Made by a program: the position numbers and the translations under genes. Shown in pieces: positions 53,949-63,617 of a stretch of 64,000 nt of DNA. Location of the stretch: the NCBI GenBank assembly GCA_002104905.1, contig MCFE01000030.1:160927-224926 (forward strand). The letters are read 5' to 3'. Within the stretch, counting starts at the first letter, position 1, and each line of letters begins with the position of its first letter. The notes beneath the pieces were generated by a model, which made no database searches, was not told the DNA's origin, and was given only the letters and a program-made list of their open reading frames with translations. The DNA is from Basidiobolus meristosporus CBS 931.73. Its lineage: Eukaryota > Fungi > Basidiobolomycota.

Positions 53949-56900
53949 AGGGGAGGGAAAGTCACCAAGTTGGTGAAATCTTTATATGAGTTAAGAACTA
54001 ATCTAAGTACAAATAAAGAAGCCAATTAAGAGGTCTAGAACCTCTCTAATAAGTAATCTAAATTATGTTTTGTTTCATCTCTAATGTTTGTTTCAATAAA
54101 GTAAAGCTCATCAGGGGTAAATATAAAATTCAGGGGTTTTGGGGGAAGTACAAATTGTAGATGTTTCTGATCAATATAATCCAAGACTGGAACCCAGCCT
54201 GGGATTAGGTGTAGTAGGAAAGATGTGTGGACTTGTAAGTAGCTCAGCCACATAGATCTTAGATGGTCCTGAGCCAGTAGTCTTGGTTTCTCAGCTTTTT
54301 GAAGTTTTGAAGCAAGCTCTGTTACTACAGCAGAGCCAACCAAGGTGTGCCAGCAAGAAGATTTCAGGGAGGAGTTAGATTGAAGTCATTGTTTGATGGA
54401 GGGGTTATGTGATTTCTGAAGTTTGACTAGGAAGGAAGCCCAGAGATAGATCATTCGGATTTGGTATGGGTAGAACCCAAAGGCTCCATTAGTTGCCTGG
54501 ATATAGGGAGATACTGGAAGATAAGGTACCAAGGATCTGATACACTGATGGAGAAATTTATCCAGGGGGTGAAGTTCTCTGGAGGTTAGGGGTATAATGT
54601 GGAGACCAAATTCAAGTACCGGCAGTACATACTGCTTCAGAAGTATAGGGATCTTTTGAATTGGAGTGTCTGGAGTGACTACTACCAGAAGCTTTTTGAG
54701 AGCCTGTTGGGCAAGACGGATCCTATTATTCAGGTGGAGCTTTGAGTCAATCCCATGTTGACAAAATGGCAGACCTAGATATATTGCAGTTTGTTGTGGC
54801 AGAATGCTAGTGTTCTGTATAGTTGTAGTGCATCCAATTGGGACTGTCTTGGAAATTGAGAGTGAGAGGTTGTTGGCAGCCAAGTACTTCTCAATGATGG
54901 CAGTGTCTGCTATGGGATTAGGAGTAGCAATCTTGATATCATCCGCATAGAGAGTTAGTAGTGGATAGGGAGAGTCTGGTGAGGGGCCTTTTGGAAATAA
55001 AGGAAAGTCATGTAGGAATATCACAAATAGTAAGGGACCTAGTACAGATCCTTGGACTACTCCATTTGAAACCTCATAAGTCTCTGATGTACAACTTGGA
55101 TGCAAAATTTTGGCTGAGTTCTCACAAAATAGAGAACGTACAAGAAGGGTCATTGGTAGTGTGGTAACTGCTAATAGCTTTCTCCAAAGCAGAGCTCTGT
55201 CCACAGAGTCAAAGGCTTTAGTAATGTCAAACAGAATGGTTGGCAATGAGAATTGAAGTGAATGATCATGGCTTAGCACTACAGCCATATCCAAGGAGAG
55301 TTTGGGCAAGAAGCCAAACTGAGAAGGATGGAATGGATATAGTTGAGATTGCAAGGATCTTGCTATTATAAGCTCAAAGATTTTCCGGCAGGTTGGTAGG
55401 AGTGAAACTGGCCGGTAAGAACCTGGGAGTGAGTGTTTCCCCTTCCCTTTGTATAAGGGTATTACATTTGCCTGTGACCAGGCCTTTGGGGTAGTCAATT
55501 GTTGGGCACAGATAGAGTAGAATGGGAGAAGTAAGTGACTCATTTTGGAGTAGCACACCCGGAGTAGATTGTAGGTAATCAAGTCATGTCCAGGTGCAGT
55601 ATTTGCAGGAAGCTTCTTTAAAATTTTCTCCAGAAGCTTTGCTGAAACCAAAATTGGAGATGTTGGACTGCTAGATATGTTACCAGTATGGTAGAAAGGA
55701 GGAGTGGGATGCACGGTTGAATCAAAGAATATAGGGGCCAGTTTGTCTGGTGATGGTATACTCCTTGCTTGGGGTCTCATGGCTTTGTATACTCTTGATA
55801 TGGACCTTGTGGTGGCATTCATATTTACTAAGGGCAAGGTATCCATGATATGAGCCCATAATCTAGTATGCTCAGTGATCTGTAGTGACTTGGAGTAGGA
55901 GATTGCGCTTTCCAGGAGGTTCTGTGTTTTTGGGTTAGGGAAACATAGGTAGCTGGAATTTAAGGCAGAAATGATGGATTTCCACTTAAGTTGGTTTGCA
56001 GATGGCTTTTGGTAGGACTTGGTGGGCAGGGCCAGACAGCCAGTGATTATGATGAAATGCTGGTAAAATAGCCATAATGCATTTATATCATCACAAATCC
56101 ATGCAGGTAAGCTGGGAAATGCATATTCTGTAAGCAAGGATAGGTAATTGGCAAAGTCCTGTGTCCGTGATACTGAAGCTTTGGCTGGCAGGATTGTAAA
56201 TGGCTGAAGAAGGGTGCCAATTGGTAGGGTTTTTCTGGCAGAAATGATAATATGTATTGGCTTGTGATCAGATTTCTCTAGTGAACCACAGCTGATATCC
56301 TCTGGAATGCTTGTAACCTGGTGGATGTACTGTAAGGCAGCTGGGGTAGCTGTTACCCAGTCAACACAACGTTGAGCTTGCTGAGTGTTTACAGTGACCA
56401 GATGATTTTGTTGGAGGAACTTTGTAAAGTGCTCCTCTTGGGTTCTAAGTCTGGATGAAATAGTGGTGATACTTTCAGGGTGGGGGATATTAATATCTCC
56501 CACTACCATACAAGGGATTGATGAGCTGTTGATGAATTCTGATGTGGCCAAGAAAATTGCCAGTGTTATGGAGTTAGACAGAGATGGAGGGAGATAGATA
56601 ATAATGGCTACTATAGTTGGAAGTGTTAGAGCATAGCAGTAATACTCATAGATGATGGATACATTTGCTGAGGGTGCAAGCTTAGAAGATGAAACAGCAA
56701 CAAGTGCCATTGAGTGAGCTGGAAATTTTGGGTGAGCAGATGAATATGCATTCAGTCTAGAGGGAAGTTTTGGCAACTTAACATCAATTAGTAGGAGCAA
56801 GGAATATTCCTTTTTCAGTAAGTTTTCTAATTCAGCTACAGTTGGAGTGATGGAGTTGCAATTGAGTAAGAGTATGTTCTGTAGTCAGGCAGACTCTGAG

Positions 56901-57106
56901 GTTGCCTGTTCCTGCCGAAACTCTTGCACTGCCCTTTGTAAATTTCCAGAATTATTCCACAACTCTTCAAATGGAGCTTGCGTAATGTCTTTCAGGATTC
57001 TAATTGCTTCCTCTTTCAAGAAGTAGGCCACATCATAGGTTGGAGCCTGTTTCTTAATGGCAGCAAAGAAAGCCATAATTGCCATGTGAGCTGGAGGCTT
57101 GTTGAA
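53949..57106 (-). mobile_element. Telomeric LINE family A, copy A1 (5'-truncated)
   Basis: End of ORF1, then an in-frame APE endonuclease and RT, ending in the shared 3' hairpin module. 98-99% similar by eye to A2. Confidence 0.92.
54035..56884 (-). CDS. ORF2 of A1: apurinic endonuclease plus non-LTR reverse transcriptase; one premature TGA at 54386-54388
   Basis: APE motifs: LLNCNS, YLPP, VGDIN, VDW, SDHKPI. RT motifs: APGHD, YRPVSLL, QFGF, DITKAFDSV, GVVQGSVLGPLLF, YADD. A2 has TGG where A1 has the TGA. Confidence 0.88.
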
Positions 57107-57364
57107 GGGTTAGGGGGGAGGAAAGTCACCAAGTGGTGAAATCTTTATTTACTTATGACAAGTATCTAAAGAAGCCAAGTTAATCTGAAGTAATTCCTAG
57201 AAAGCTAGGCCTGAGAGATATCTTCCTGGTAAGCCAGGTCTGAGAGTTGAGAAGCTGAGTGGTACTATATTTCCTAGTTAGCTAGGTCTTAGAGAGGTTT
57301 CCTGGAAAGCCAGGCCTGAGAAGTGGGAATCTGAATATATCTGAGCTAAGTTATACTGGTTTGC
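57107..57364 (-). mobile_element. Family B (SINE-like) copy B1, 5'-truncated
   Basis: Near-identical to the 3' 260 bp of B4. Confidence 0.88.
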
Positions 57365-57858
57365 GGTTAGGGGGAGGAAAGTCACCAAGTGGTGATATCT
57401 TTATTTACTTATGACAAGTATCTAAAGAAGCCAACTTAATCTGAGGTAATTCCTAGAAAGCTAGGTCTGAGAGATATCTTCCTGGTAAGCCAGGTCTGAG
57501 AGTTGAGAAGCTGAGTTGTATTATATTTCCTAGTTAGCTAGGTCTGAGAGAGGTTTCCTGGAAAGCCAGGCCTGAGAAGTGAGAATCTGAATATATCTGA
57601 GCTAAGTTGTACTGGTTTGCGGTAGCTGGATTGTGGCCGGAAAGGCCTGTAGACTGGGGGAACTGAGATGAATTTCTGGGCAATCACTGGCCAAATTTAC
57701 TAGGCAAATCTGGCCATTAGCATTTCAAGGATTTCAGCCAATCAGAGCCTTTACTTTGCCCAATGGTTGATCAAGCCATCTCCCAATGAGCACACATCAA
57801 TTTATTAATCAAATTTTTGCTGGATCCAGGATTTGAACCCACAACCATGGGTATGGAA
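57365..57858 (-). mobile_element. Family B copy B2, truncated at the telomeric motif inside its tRNA-like head
   Basis: Matches B4 through the B box (GGTTCAAATCC, plus-strand 57829-57839) up to GGGTTAGGG. Confidence 0.88.
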
Positions 57859-58180
57859 GGGTTAGGGGGAGGAAAGTCACCAAGTGGTGAAATCTTTATT
57901 TACTTATGACAAGTATCTAAAGAAGCCAAGTTAATCTGAAGTTATTCCTAGAAAGCTAGGTCTGAGAGATATCTTCCTGGTAAGCCAGGTCTGAGAGTTG
58001 AGAAGCTGAGTGGTACTATATTTCCTAGTTAGCTAGGTCTGAGAGAGGTTTCCTGGAAAGCCAGGCCTGAGAAGTAAGAATCTGAATATATCTGAGCTAA
58101 GTTATACTGGTTTGCGGTAGCTGAATTGTGGCCGGAATGGCCAGTAGACTGGGGGAACTGAGATGAATTTCTGGGCAATC
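57859..58180 (-). mobile_element. Family B copy B3, 5'-truncated
   Basis: Near-identical to the 3' 320 bp of B4. Confidence 0.88.
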
Positions 58181-59160
58181 TTAGGTTAGGGGGGATGATA
58201 ATCACCACAGGGTGAAATCTTTATTTAAATCATAAATAAAGAAGCCAAATTTGAATATGAATATTGAGATGCAGTAAGCCTACAAGATAAACTTGGACTT
58301 TGCTGTATCCCAAATATCCTCAATACTGAAGTCTAGAGGAGAATGTAGCAAAACTGCCTGTTCACTGTAGTATTTCTTGAGGAAGTTTGTGACTTGAAGG
58401 GAAGGAGAGTTTTTCAGCAAGCTGGTAAACCTTTTGAGGAGTTCTTTTTCCAGAGAGAATGGTACAAAGAGTGGAATGTCTAAATGATGTCTGAATATAT
58501 GCTCTGAGAGCTCCCAATCCAGCATATTTTTGACTTCTTCTGTAAAATCTTGAACAATATCTTTGTCAAGAATAACTTCCAAGAGATCCCTGGCAATGTA
58601 CTGAATGTTAATAATCTTAGGCATATGAATACCTAGGTCCTTGAGGTAGTTTCTTTGTTCTGAAATTGGGAGATAGCCAGCATTTCTGAAATAGCAAACA
58701 GCCCAATTGGCAGTGGGAGGAGTATCAGGGCTGACAGGGAATCTTCTTCTGGCTTTAGGGTGCACTGGCTTAGGTGGCTGTCTTGTTGAAAGGGCAGCTG
58801 CTTTGGATGAGCTTGAAGTGCTTGGGAGTATGTCTGAGTATGAATGGCAGGAGTTGCTGGTTGCTGACAGTGTTCAGATTGACTGGAAGAAGAACTGGTT
58901 GAGGGGATGCAAGGTAAGGAAGAAGCTGAAAGAGAAGTAGAGAGTGCAGGGTGAAGTTCAGAGAGAGTTTTGAAAAGAACCTGGATCTGAGATTTCAACA
59001 TAGAGTTTTCAGCTTCAAGAAGTGAAAGTCTTTGTTCAAGGTAGGAAGTCTGTAAAGAGTGAAAGTTGGGTAAAGACATGGAAAAGTAGACAATAAGAAG
59101 AAAGGAGTAGTTGGGGTGGGAGGGTGGGAAAATAGTTAAGAAGAAAAGAGAGGGAGAGTA
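58181..59160 (-). mobile_element. Family D: ORF1-only non-autonomous telomeric retroelement
   Basis: Coiled-coil N-terminus (59079 onward) and a frameshifted C-terminal domain ending TAG at 58280, followed within ~100 nt by the shared 3' module. No RT. Confidence 0.72.
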
Positions 59161-59213
59161 CAGGGTGAAGTTCAGAGAGAGTTTTGAAAAGAACCTGGAT
59201 CTGAGATTTCAAC

Positions 59214-59788
59214 TTAGGGGGGAGACAGTCACCAAGAGGTGAAATCTTTATTTCAGTTGAAACAAAGAAGCCAGCGCTACTGTTGTAGCTTTGATACAAG
59301 AGTGTGTAGCTGAGGGGAATTTGTAGGTAAGTTAATAAGAAGTGATGATAGTTCTTCAGTGCTCAAGACACTGTTCAGTGGGAAGCGGGGTAGCAAGAGA
59401 GGTAAGAATGACTTGTGAACAACATTAATGAGGGGAATGTGATAAGGATTGATATTCATCATAAAGGGAGTGTGCTGCTGCAGATATTGCTGCCAAAGGT
59501 CTGTCAAGTACTTCAGGTAGGCCAGCTTGGGTTTTTCTGACTGCAGAATAAATTCAGCAAACTTCTTGACTCCAGGATCTCCAAGTATAGTTCTCCAGCA
59601 GGAGCCAGGTGTAGTGTGGTGTGTTCTCTTCCAGGCCTTAATCAGTGGGTTGTTGCAGTTGTGAAGTCTGAGGTATAATCTGGTTCTAAGGTAGAGAAGT
59701 CTGATCTTATAGGGCATAAACCCAAAAGCACCAAGAATAGCATGTCTGTAGGGGCATTCAGGCAAATGAGGCACCAAGGAGGTAATGC
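59214..59788 (-). mobile_element. Telomeric LINE family C, copy C1 (3' 575 bp)
   Basis: Near-identical to the 3' part of C2 and ends in the shared 3' module. Confidence 0.88.
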
Positions 59789-60324
59789 TTAGGGCTAGGG
59801 TTAGGGGGGAGGAAAGTCACCAAGTGGTGAAATCTTTATTTACTTATGACAAGTATCTAAAGAAGCCAAGTTAATCTGAAGTAATACCTAGAAAGCTAGG
59901 TCTGAGAGATATCTTCCTGGTAAGCCAGGTCTGAGAGTTGAGAAGCTGAGTGGTACTATATTTCCTAGTTAGCTAGGTCTGAGAGAGGTTTCCTGGAAAG
60001 CCAGGCCTGAGAAGTGAGAATCTGAATATATCTGAGCTAAGTTATACTGGTTTGCGGTAGCTGAATTGTGGCCGGAATGGCCAGTAGACTAGGGGAACTG
60101 AGATGAATTTCTGGGCAATCACTGGCCAAATTTACTAGGCAAATCTGACCAATTAGCATTTCAAGGATTTCAGCCAATCAGAGCCTTTACTTTGCCCAAT
60201 GGTTGATCAAGCCATCTCCCAATGAGCACACATCAATTTATTGATCAAATTTTGCTGGATCCAGGATTTGAACCCACAACCATGGGTATGGAAGGGTTAG
60301 GGATAACCACAAGGCTAAGTGTTC
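59789..60324 (-). mobile_element. Family B copy B4: apparently full-length tRNA-headed SINE-like element (~530 bp)
   Basis: 72-nt head with A box and B box at tRNA spacing, a four-hairpin body and the shared 3' module. No coding capacity. Confidence 0.8.
60253..60324 (-). promoter_or_regulatory. tRNA-like internal Pol III promoter (A box TAGCCTTGTGG, B box GGTTCAAATCC)
   Basis: A box at plus-strand 60307-60317 and B box at 60264-60274; the A box starts at head position 8 and TTC falls at 53-55, as in tRNA. The acceptor stem does not pair. Confidence 0.65.
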
Positions 60325-61557
60325 TTGGTTAGGGGGGGAGACAGTCACCAACAGGTGAAATCTTTATTTCAGTTGAAACAAGGAAGCCAGCGCTACTGTT
60401 GTAGCTTTGATACAAGAGTGTGTAGCTGAGGGGAATTTGTAGGTAAGTTATTAAGAAGTGATGATAGTTCTTCAGTGCTCAAGACACTGTTCAGTGGGAA
60501 GGGGGGTAGCAAGAGAGGTAAGAATGACTTGTGAACAACATTAATGAGGGGAATGTGATAAGGATTGATGTTCATCATAAAGGGAGTGTGCTGCTGCAGA
60601 TATTGCTGCCAAAGGTCTGTCAAGTACTTCAGGTAGGCCAGCTTGGGTTTTTCTGACTGCAGAATATAGTGAGCAAACTTCTTGACTTCAGGGTCTCCAA
60701 GTATAGTTCTCCAGCAGGAGCCAGGTGTTGTGTGGTGTGTTCTCTTCCAGGACTTAATCAGTGGGTTCTTGCAGTTGTGAAGTCTGAGGTATAATCTGGT
60801 TCTAAGGTAGAGAAGTCTGATCTTATAGGGCATAAACCCAAAAGCACCAAGAATAGCATGTCTGTAGGGGCATTCAGGCAAATGAGGCACCAAGGAGGTA
60901 ATGCACCATACTGCAAACTTGTCAAGCTTAGTGCAGTCTCTAGAAGTAAGAGAGAGAAGTGGTAAGCCAAATTCCAGGACAGGGAAGACAAACTGCTTGA
61001 GTAGAAGGAGGCAGCTGGGAGCTGAAGTTGTAGGAGGAGTAACAGCCAGTAGCTTGTGGAGTGCCTGTCTTGCCAGGATAATTCTCTTCTTCAGGTGTGC
61101 TCCAGAGTCTAGTCCAGTAGGAAGGAAAGGAAAGCCAAGATATGTAGCAGAAACCTGAGCAGGTAGAGTGGAGTTCTCCAAGTTGATGGGAGAGCCCAAA
61201 GGTATTGTCTTTGCAATGGAAAGCTGGAGATTATTCTTCTGCAGATACTGGTGGATGGTCTGGGAGTCTTGTTGCACATTGGAGGAGGATATTCTGATGT
61301 CATCAGCAAAAAGAGTAACCAGGCAGTCAGCTGAGAGTCTTGGGAAATCATTCAGGAAGATGGCAAACAGTATAGGACCAAGCACAGAGCCTTGAACCAC
61401 TCCATTAGGAACTGAGAACACAGCTGATTGCTCACTTGGGTGCAGAATTCTTGCTTGTGGATCCAGAAACAGAGATCTGACAAGGAGGGTGAGAGAGGTA
61501 CTGGAGAAGCATTGCAACTTAGACCAAAGCAGATTTCTGTCAATTGAATCAAAGGCC
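60325..61557 (-). mobile_element. Telomeric LINE family C, copy C2 (5'-truncated inside RT)
   Basis: Open frame KAFDSIDR..GVVQGSVLGPILFAIF..FADD to the stop at 60393. Clearly diverged from family A at protein level. Confidence 0.9.
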
Positions 61558-63574
61558 TTAGTTAGGGGAGGGAAAGTCACCAAGTTGGTGAAATCTTTAT
61601 TTGAGTTAAGAACTAATCTAGGTACAAATAAAGAAGCCAATTAAGAGGTCTAGAACCTCTCTAATAAGTAATCTAATTTATATTTTGTTTCATCTCTAAT
61701 AATTGTTTCAATAAAGTAAAGCTCATCAGGGGTAAATATAAAATTCAGGGGTTTTGGGGGAAGTACAAATTGTAGATGTTTCTGATCAATATAATCCAAG
61801 ACTGGAACCCAGCCTGGGATTAGGTGTAGTAGGAAAGATGTGTGGACTTGTAAGTAGCTCTGCCACATAGATCTTAGATGGTCCTGAGCCAGTAGTCTTG
61901 GTTTTTCAGCTTTTTGAAGTTTTGAAGCAAGCTCTGTTACTACAGCAGAGCCAACCAGGGTGTGCCAGCAAGAAGATTTCAGGGAGGAGTAAGATTGAAG
62001 CCATTGTTTGATGGAGGGGTTATGTGATTTCTGAAGTTTGACTAGGAAGGAAGCACAGAGATAGACCATTCGGATTTGGTATGGGTAGAAGCCAAAGGCT
62101 CCATTAGTTGCATGGATATAGGGAGATACTGGAAGATAAGGTACCAAGGATCTGATACACTGATGGAGAAATTTATCCAGGGGGTGAAGTTCTCTGGAGG
62201 TTAGGGGTATAATGTGGAGACCAAATTCAAGTACCGGCAGTACATACTGCTTCAGAAGTATAGGGATCTTTTGAATTGGAGTGTCTGGAGTGACTACTAC
62301 CAGAAGCTTTTTGAGAGCCTGTTGGGCAAGACGGATCCTATTATTCAGGTGGAGCTTTGAGTCAATCCCATGTTGACAAAATGGCAGACCTAGATATATT
62401 GCAGTTTGTTGTGGCAGAATGCTAGTGTTCTGTATAGTTGTAGTGCATCCAATTGGGACTGTCTTGGAAATTGAGAGTGAGAGGTTGTTGGCAGCCAAGT
62501 ACTTCTCAATGATGGCAGTGTCTGCTATGGGATTAGCAGTAGCAATCTTGATATCATCCGCATAGAGAGTTAGTAGTGGATAGAGAGAGTCTGGTGAGGG
62601 GCCTTTTGGAAATAAAGGAAAGTCATGTAGGAATATCACAAATAGTAAGGGACCTAGTACAGATCCTTGGACTACTCCATTTGGAACCTCATAAGTCTCT
62701 GATGTACAACTTGGATGCAAAATTTTGGCTGAGTTCTCACAAAATAGAGAACGTACAAGAAGGGTCATTGGTAGTGTGGTAACTGCTAATAGCTTTCTCC
62801 AAAGCAGAGCTCTGTCCACAGAGTCAAAGGCTTTAGTAATGTCAAACAGAATGGTTGGCAATGAGATTTGAAGTGAATGATCATGGCTTAGCACTACAGC
62901 CATATCCAAGGAGAGTTTGGGCAAGAAGCCAAACTGAGAAGGATGGAATGGATATAGTTGAGATTGCAAGGATCTTGCTATTATAAGCTCAAAGATTTTC
63001 CGGCAGGTTGGTAGGAGTGAAACTGGCCGGTAAGAACCTGGGAGTGAGTGTTTCCCCTTCCCTTTGTATAAGGGTATTACATTTGCCTGTGACCAGGCCT
63101 TTGGGGTAGTCAATTGTTGGGCACAGATAGAGTAGAATGGGAGAAGTAAGTGACTCATTTTGGAGTAGCACACCCGGAGTAGATTGTAGGTAATCAAGTC
63201 ATGTCCAGGTGCAGTATTTGCAGGAAGCTTCTTTAAAATTTTCTCCAGAAGCTTTGCTGAAACCAAAATTGGAGATGTTGGACTGCTAGATATGTTACCA
63301 GTATGGTAGAAAGGAGGAGTGGGATGCACGGTTGAATCAAAGAATATAGGGGCCAGTTTGTCTGGTGATGGTATACTCCTTGCTTGGGGTCTCATGGCTT
63401 TGTATACTCTTGATATGGACCTTGTGGTGGCATTCATATTTACTAAGGGCAAGGTATCCATGATATGAGCCCATAATCTAGTATGCTCAGTGATCTGTAG
63501 TGACTTGAAGTAGGAGATTGCGCTTTCCAGGAGGTTCTGTGTTTTTGGGTTAGGGAAACATAGGTAGCTGGAAT
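61558..63574 (-). mobile_element. Telomeric LINE family A, copy A2 (5'-truncated; intact RT frame 61650-63461)
   Basis: 603-aa open RT ORF, nearly identical to A1. Confidence 0.92.
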
Positions 63575-63617
63575 TTAGGGGGGGAGACAGTCACCAACAG
63601 GTGAAATCTTTATTTCA
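63575..63617 (-). mobile_element. Family C stub C3 (~45 bp, 3' module only)
   Basis: GGGGGAGACAGTCACCAACAGGTGAAATCTTTATTTCAGTT is identical to the C2 3' end. Confidence 0.8.

Noticed and set aside
57107-58180. CRISPR-like or simple satellite interpretation of the recurring GGAAAGTCACC..GGTGAAATC repeats
   Set aside because: The repeats are 3' ends of nested-length retroelement copies; the intervening sequences are homologous, not unique spacers.
58633-58873. Programmed -1 frameshift in D at CCCTTTC
   Set aside because: The heptamer is in the wrong codon phase (CCC UUU C); a simple indel is more likely.
59810-59990. Hammerhead ribozyme (GAAA next to a hairpin; CTGAGAG motifs)
   Set aside because: The core CUGANGA and the stem III/UH geometry are not satisfied on either strand.
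60253-60324. Functional tRNA gene or telomerase RNA
   Set aside because: The acceptor, D and anticodon stems do not pair. The CCCUAACCC is template-sized, but no pseudoknot or CR4/5-like domain was recognisable, and the element behaves as a multicopy truncated retroposon.
61558-61640. N-terminus of the 415-aa ORF 60393-61640 (likewise ORFs 53792-54025 and 59036-59299)
   Set aside because: These are chimeric read-throughs across unit junctions; the first starts at a TTG in the 3' UTR of A2.
53949-63574. Classifying the array as Penelope-like Athena/Coprina elements or MoTeR
   Set aside because: The RT has LINE-type motifs (YRPVSLL, QFGF, KAFDSV, QGSVLGP) and an N-terminal APE domain. No GIY-YIG or C-terminal restriction-like endonuclease is seen.
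61558-63574. A2 as an assembly duplicate of A1
   Set aside because: The copies differ at multiple scattered positions (including TGA versus TGG) and have distinct junctions; read support should still be checked.
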